A stretch of 17,176 nt of DNA. It comes from Ginkgo biloba (Eukaryota; Plantae; Ginkgophyta). The stretch is taken from the NCBI GenBank assembly GCA_024626585.2, contig JANKJI020000004.1, positions 118,805,316-118,822,491 of the forward strand. The letters run 5' to 3'. A program made the translations under genes and the position numbers. Under the pieces are notes generated by a model. It made no database searches. It saw only the letters and a list, made by a program, of their open reading frames with translations, and had not been told where the DNA came from. Below are positions 11,744-17,176 of this stretch, piece by piece. Each line of letters starts with the position of its first letter. The first letter of the stretch is position 1.

Positions 11744-11830
11744 GTTCGCATGGCTGTTTTTAGTCAGCATCATGTTGATGGGCTTGACTTATCTTCGAAT
11801 CCTCTCCTGTATATGATGCGATGCTATCCT
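11744..11830 (+). CDS. ABCF3: Isolated exon of an ABCF3/GCN20-type soluble ABC ATPase (Q-loop region of the second nucleotide-binding domain)
   Basis: Translates as VRMAVFSQHHVDGLDLSSNPLLYMMRCYP (29 aa, no stops), nearly identical to the plant ABCF3 segment ...SAK-VRVAVFSQHHVDGLDLSSNPLLYMMRCYP-GVPEQKLR as I recall it. Similarity starts and ends exactly at tgtgcAG| and |GTGAGT. The exon is 87 bp, phase 0-0. No neighbouring ABCF3 exon was found in the window, so it may be a non-functional fragment. Confidence 0.85.
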
Positions 11831-13109
11831 GTGAGTTTTACAATGCTGTGTTCTAAACCAATATCTTTTTCTTGTCTTCATTGTGTTGATGAGAGATGTT
11901 TAATAAAAATGTAACCTAGACATAGGGATTGAATCATTGAACTCTAACATGTAGTTCCCCAAACTGGTAAATCAATCTAATAATTGTGAAAATAGACAAC
12001 ATGCATTGTTACACATATTATCTGTTGTAATTGTACTATCAAAACTTGTTTACAACTGACATGATTTTTTAATTATTTGATTTTGATTATACCCAATTTG
12101 AAAGCACATCTGGGTTGTAAATTAGTGCATATACTATATCTAAGGACTCCAAGAGTGCTAATAATGTCCACGTGTTTAGTGCGTTTTTACACATTGAAGG
12201 GTTTCGTTTTCCATGTTGGGTTCTGTTGCTCCTTAAAATGTTGTGCATCAAATAATTTTGGAATTTCATTTTTCTTCTCAGAACATTGATTTTTCAGCCA
12301 TCTGGAATTTCATTTTACTCTGTATTTGAATAATATGTTGCTGCCTTCTTTATCAAGTCACTAATATTCAGGTTCATTTTGATCTGCTGGCAGGTTCGTT
12401 TTGATCTACCAGCAATTCGCCAGAATTTTACCAAAGCAGGATTGGAAAGTGATTGTGTGGCCAATGGGCACTTGGGTGTTTGCATGATATCTACTTGTCT
12501 TTCATATTGATGTTTTTCGTGCTATTGCATTTTATTTACCCTTGCGTGTTCCCCACCCCTCTCAGTTGTTCTTTTCATTTCTCTATCGTGTGTTTTTTAT
12601 GTTTGTATTTATGCGTCATCCCCTTGATTCCCTGTGGCCTCTTGTTGTGACCTTCCATTCCCATTGTGTCATTTGGTCTTTCCATTGCATTTGTCTCACA
12701 TCTTCAGTTTGGTGTATGCAGTTTCCCTTGTCCACACTTACCTGGCCTCAAAGCAGTGTTTCACAATAGTGTCATGTTTTTGTTCATTGAATTTCTTGCC
12801 ATCTAATCTTAGGCAGTGTCCAATGCTTTTGTTGTCAGTTCCACTCTCATGAGCAGTGCATCTGGGAAGTTGTGTGGCATTTCCCGGGGGTTGTTTGAGG
12901 TTTGCTCAATTCTGTTTAGTAATGAGGGCAAAATGCCGTGGGGTCAGCCAAGAAGTAGAAAAAGAAAGTATCAGATATTTTGTTTTGTAATGTTTTGTCT
13001 TAGACAAGTTATTATTGTGGAAATTATTGCATGAAGACCTTGTTAGGTTAATGCCCTTTTCATTGGTGTAGCTTACTTTTGTATCTCTTTTGCATTGTTG
13101 TTATTGAAG

Positions 13110-13324
13110 GTGCTGCATTGCTTGCTCCGATGGGGAATCCATATGATCCAAATTTGACCAAGGAAGAAATTCATAAAATTTGGGAAAAGTGGACGTTGAG
13201 AAGGAAGCTGGGTTTCATTCTCGCTAAGCGGGCTTCCTCCCTTCTTCCATCTTTTTATAAAAGAAGCTTTCTAAAAGAAATGGATCATCCCAATAAAGCT
13301 CTATCATTTGGTCTTGGGAAGAAG
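13110..13324 (+). CDS. Downstream internal coding exon of the same alpha/beta-hydrolase family (post-nucleophile strand and cap region)
   Basis: Translates as GAALLAPMGNPYDPNLTKEEIHKIWEKWTLRRKLGFILAKRASSLLPSFYKRSFLKEMDHPNKALSFGLGKK, matching the family pattern GAAMxAPxxNPY...WExW...LARR...FYRRSFL. Acceptor gaAG at 13108-13109 follows a T-rich tract. Donor is AAG|GTGTGT at 13324/13325. The exon is 215 bp, phase 1-0. The rest of ORF 13079-13549 is T-rich intron read-through. Confidence 0.9.
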
Positions 13325-13585
13325 GTGTGTTTGTTCTACTCTATAGGCTTCCTTATGTTATTGTGTATTATTGTTATAAGCCCAAATAAAGAATTTACTT
13401 TGTGCATAATTTGTTTCTTTCTTTCTGAATTCTTTTTGCTCTTTTATCTGCTATGTATATGTTCGTATGTTGCTCAAGATATTGTTGAAGTAGCTGGAAT
13501 GAAACCACTAAACAAAGAAATTACAAAGATGACAACTTTAGCTGTCTAGTAATGAAATTTTGAAAAAGTGCTATATGCGTGGGGG

Positions 13586-13587
<2 letters not shown>

Positions 13588-13641
<54 letters not shown>
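13588..13641. repeat. Perfect (GA)27 microsatellite
   Basis: Uninterrupted GA dinucleotide run read directly from the sequence. Confidence 0.97.
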
Positions 13642-13650
<9 letters not shown>

Positions 13651-14290
13651 TGTGAGAGAGAGGGAGTAAGAGGGAGTATGAGGGAGAGAGAGTGAGAGGG
13701 AGGGAGTAAGAGGGTGAGAGAGGGTGAGAGAGAAGGAGTATGAGGGAGAGAGGTTAAGAGGTAGAGAGGGTGAGAGAGATGGAGTAAGAGGGAGAGAGAG
13801 TGAGAGAGGGAGTAAGAGGGAGAGAGGGTGAGAGAGAGGGAGTATGAGGGAGAGTATGAGGGAGAGAGGGTGAGAGAGAGTCTGTATGAGCGAGAGTATG
13901 AGGGAGAGAGGGTGAGAGAGAGTCTGTATGAGCGAGAGAGGATGAGAGAGAGGGAGTATGAGAGATTATGAGGGATTATGAGTTAAAGAGGATGAGAGAG
14001 AGGGAAAGAGAATGAGATAGAGCGAGTAAGAGGGAGTATGAGGGAAAGACGGTGAGAGAGAGGGAGTATGAGGGAGAGAGGATGAGAGAGAGGAAGTAAG
14101 AGGGAGAGAGCGTGAGAGAAAGGGAGTAATAGGGAGTATGAGGGAGAGAGAGAGGGAGTATGAAGGATAGAGGTTGAGTAAGAGGTAGTAAGAGGGAGTA
14201 TTAGGGAGTATGAGGGAGAGAGGATGAGAGAGAGGGAGCATGAGCAAGAGAGAATGAGAGAGATAGAGAGAGTATGATCAAGAGAGGGAG
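13642..14290. repeat. GA-rich minisatellite built from ~10-bp subunits, often in ~30-bp units (consensus AGGGAGTATG AGGGAGAGAG GGTGAGAGAG)
   Basis: For example, 14061-14090 and 14091-14120 are adjacent 30-bp variants. The + strand is almost entirely purine. Confidence 0.9.
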
Positions 14291-14412
14291 TAAAATGGAT
14301 TCCTTGCAAAATTTTACACAAGATTGACTATTCATTTGCAAAAAAAGGCCTTTATATGGCTTAGCTATGGCCATTTTATTAAGTGTAACTTTCCCAAACT
14401 TTGTGTGTGTGT

Positions 14413-14471
<59 letters not shown>

Positions 14472-15494
14472 GAGAGAGTGAGAGGGAGTAAGAGGGAGAG
14501 AGGGTGAGAGAAAGGGATTAAGAGGGAGTATGAGGGAGAGAGGGTGAAAGAGAGGGAGTATGAGGGAGAGAAGGTGAGAGAGAGGGAGTATGAGAGAGAG
14601 AGGATGAGAGAGAGGGAGTATAAGAGAGAGAGAGAGAGAGAGGGAATAAAATGAATTACTTGCAAAATTTTACCTAAGATTGACTATTCGTTTGCCCAAA
14701 AAGGCCTCCGTATGGCTAAGATATGGCAATTTTATTAAATGCCAACTCATTATTAAAGGTCGTGAAAATTTCCTAAACTTTGTGTGTATTATGTTAAAGA
14801 GAGGGAGTAAGAGAGAGTATGAGAGAGAGAGAGAGAGGGAATAAGAGGGAATATAAGGGAGAGAGAGTGAGAGAGAGGGAGTAAGAGGGAGAGAGGGTGA
14901 GAGAAAGGGAGTAAGAGGGAGTATGAGGGAGAGAGGGTGAAAGAGAGGGAGTATGAGGGAGAGAGGGTGAGAGAGAGGAAGTATGAGCGAGAGAGGATGA
15001 GAGAGGAGTATGAGAGAGAGAGAGTACAATGGATTCCTTACAAAATTTTACCCAAGATTTACTATTTGTTTGACAAAAAAGTCCTCCTTATGGCTGAGAT
15101 ATGGCCATTTTATTAATTGCCAACTCACAATTAAAGTTCATGCAACTTTCTTAAACTTTGTTTGTGTACTGTGTTAAAGAGAGGGAGTAAGAGGGAGTAT
15201 GACAAAGAGAGAGAGGGAGTATGAGGGAGAGAGAGTGAGAGAGAGAGAGAGTAAGACGGAGTATGAGGGAAAGAGAGTGATAAAGAGGGAGTAAGAAGGA
15301 GAGAGGGTGAGAGAAAGAGAGTAAGAGGGAGTATGAGGGAGAGAGGTTGAGAGAGAGGGAGTATGAGGGAGAGAGGGTGAGAGAGATGGAGTATGAATGA
15401 GAGAGGATGAGAGAGAGGGAGTATGAGAGAGAGAGAAAGAGGGAGTAAAATGGATTTCTTGTGAAATTTTACCCAAGATTGACTATTCGTTTGC
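14291..15494. repeat. Higher-order tandem repeat: conserved AT-rich core (~110-150 bp) alternating with variable-length GA-rich minisatellite; at least 4 copies
   Basis: Cores with consensus TAAAATGGATTCCTTGCAAAATTTTACCCAAGATTGACTATTCGTTTGC... start at 14291, 14647, 15025 and 15446 (spacings 356, 378 and 421 bp). The fourth is cut by gap 15495-15594. Confidence 0.92.
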
Positions 15495-15594
15495 NNNNNN
15501 NNNNNNNNNNNNNNNNNNNNNNNNNNNNNNNNNNNNNNNNNNNNNNNNNNNNNNNNNNNNNNNNNNNNNNNNNNNNNNNNNNNNNNNNNNNNNN

Positions 15595-16250
15595 GCCAAG
15601 TTTATCCCTTCTAGAATGTCTCATAAAGGGAAGGATATATTTAAAATCCTAACAGATAAAATATTTACTATGAGGTACCAAGGAGTATTGTGAGCAATAA
15701 AGATTTTAAGTTCAAGTGCCAATTGTGGAAGGATTCTTCCAAAGCTTGAGAAGATAGTTAAATTTCAGTACCAGTGATAACCCTTAGACACATGGACAGA
15801 CAAAATGAGTTAATCAGATCATGGAGGACATGCTGAAGTTGTACGTAGTGACCAAGTAGACAAGTTGGGAAGATAAGCTTCCCTTTGTGGAGTTTGCATA
15901 CAATAACAATAAGCGTTCAACTACAAGTATGACACCTTCCAAAGCAATATATGGTTATGAGACTCTTATCCCTTTAGACATGTACTTGAAAAAATTTAAA
16001 GGGAAAACTCAAGTATCAATGGAATGCTTGAGCAAATGCAAAAGAAGCTAAAGTAATGTCGAAGAAACATAGAAAGGGAACAAGCACATGAGAAAGTGTA
16101 TCCAAAAAAGCATAGATTGCCAAGGTCATTTGAGGTGGGAGCCATGGTGTATATGAGGGACAAGCTCAATACTTCCTTTCCTATAGGAAGATGTGCAAAC
16201 TCTCCTTGAGATACTACAAAACGTTCCAAGTGTCGAAAAAGATAAATGAA
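15595..16250 (+). mobile_element. Degenerate Ty3/gypsy integrase fragment
   Basis: Interrupted frames give AKFIP, VPRSIVSNKDFKF (cf. PxxIVSDRDxxF), NFSTSDNP*THGQTK*VNQIMEDMLKLYV (cf. STAYHPQTDGQTERVNQxLEDMLR), WEDKLPFVEFAYNN, MTPSKAIYG and RSFEVGAMVY. There are many stops and the catalytic residues are mutated. Confidence 0.9.
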
Positions 16251-16829
16251 TTAGAGATCTTATAGATTATAGATGCAAGCGAATGTATCTAAGCTGAAAT
16301 TCAAGTGGTCCAACTCATAGGTGCACAACTTATCCTCTAAGATGTCATGCATTAGGTTCTAAATATTCTTATATGGTTGTTAGCAAGATATTAGTGACAT
16401 AGTGAGGAATAGCAAAAAAACCCAACAATTGACAAAAATTCCAAGACAGACAAGGAGAAATTCCAATAGTCAAATAAGACTTGAACAAGTCAAAAGCAAG
16501 ACCCTAGAACAACCCTAATGATATGGTACTGATGTGACAACTTAGAAAAATTGGCTTGGCAATCCCTAATGACGTGACAACAACCTAGCGATGAAGTTGT
16601 GTCATAACCCACAAAACAACACAAATAAAATAAAGATGATGTCAATAGAATGTATAGACTGCTCATACAACTGTCTATATAGAGTACAAACAACCCGTAC
16701 GTCTGCACACCTGTATGTGCTATACGAATTCTAGACAATACAACTAAGTTTAATAAAGGATAGAAAAATGGGAAAAGGGGCATTAAAAATGACATTAAAT
16801 GTCATAAAGGTAAAGTCTACAAGAGGAGG

Positions 16830-17176
16830 TCAGGAGGTGGGAGGGCGGGGGTGTGAAGATTCATAATATTGCTTAAGGTGGCCAAGTTGGTGAGAACATA
16901 ATCTACCATGCTAGCTCCCCGCCACATGGAGGTGGCGGGGATGTTATGTGGAGATTCACAATATTGCATAAGGTGTTATGGAGGACATAGTCCACTGTGT
17001 TAGCTCCATCTACATGGAGGTAATAAGTGTATGCATCAAATCCAGGGAATCTTGAGAGATTATTCAGAATAAATAACTCATGTGACGCACAAGGTCCAAG
17101 AGGTGTCATCTATAAGAAGTGATCAACTATGAATCCTTTGACCACCTGTCCAAGTCAAACTTTGAGTGATCCAACT
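16830..17176 (-). mobile_element. Degenerate non-LTR retrotransposon endonuclease fragment (C-terminal part of the APE domain), continuing beyond the window end
   Basis: The minus strand gives LDRWSKDS...HLLDL / SHELFILNNLSRFPGFDAYTYYLHVDGANTVDYVL, resembling the LINE endonuclease segment L.ILNG....FT.....G.SxVDY. Stops and frameshifts are present. Confidence 0.65.

Larger units (their letters stand above)
2170..15594. other. Assembly gaps: 2170-2327, 3596-3695, 5518-5810, 6037-6046, 7113-7212, 8530-8629, 10105-10204, 11489-11588, 15495-15594
   Basis: N runs read directly. Six are exactly 100 N, a common placeholder for gaps of unknown size. Confidence 0.97.

Noticed and set aside
2118-11773. 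ORFs containing runs of X (e.g. 2118-2400, 5316-5865, 8454-8892, 10092-10283, 11459-11773)
   Set aside because: Their length comes from N gaps. The exception is the copia gag part of 6975-7307, which is annotated separately.
12258-12412. Short direct repeats (ggaatttcatttt x2; caggttc.ttttgatct x2, 22-bp period)
   Set aside because: Ordinary slippage-scale duplications with no coding match to ABCF3 or the hydrolase. They would matter only if they mark the insertion breakpoint.
13325-13549. Hydrophobic, transmembrane-like C-terminus of ORF 13079-13549
   Set aside because: It lies after the GT donor at 13325 and is T-rich intron read-through; family similarity ends at GKK.
13966-15476. Ser/Leu/Pro/His-rich minus-strand ORFs of 93-154 aa
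   Set aside because: They are translations of the CT-rich strand of the repeat and are stop-poor for compositional reasons.
14291-15494. CRISPR-like repeat/spacer appearance
   Set aside because: The repeats are over 100 bp and diverged, the spacers are low-complexity and related to each other, there are no cas genes, and the context is a eukaryotic intron.
1-17176. tRNA, rRNA or other structured RNA genes; prokaryotic operon or defence system
   Set aside because: No recognisable RNA gene signatures, and the spliceosomal exons and plant retroelements show a eukaryotic nuclear locus.

Overview
AT-rich eukaryotic DNA from a draft scaffold with nine N gaps, six of them exactly 100 N (size probably unknown). 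It is most likely a land plant with large, TE-filled introns; a fern, lycophyte or gymnosperm is an inference. Two spliced + strand exons (6700-6882 and 13110-13324) encode parts of a plant alpha/beta-hydrolase. The exon carrying the catalytic Ser, expected between them, is not visible, and the first and last exons are also not visible. The surrounding non-coding DNA holds decayed transposon pieces: a Copia gag N-terminus, an L1-like LINE (ORF1 plus endonuclease), a Gypsy integrase and a second LINE endonuclease. A ~1.9-kb GA-rich compound repeat is also present. The most unexpected feature is an intact 87-bp exon of an unrelated gene (ABCF3/GCN20-type ABC ATPase) at 11744-11830. It has canonical splice sites, is on the same strand and lies on the same gap-free contig as the second hydrolase exon. 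Spliced into the hydrolase mRNA it would create an immediate stop codon. Family assignments come from motif recognition from memory, not database searches.
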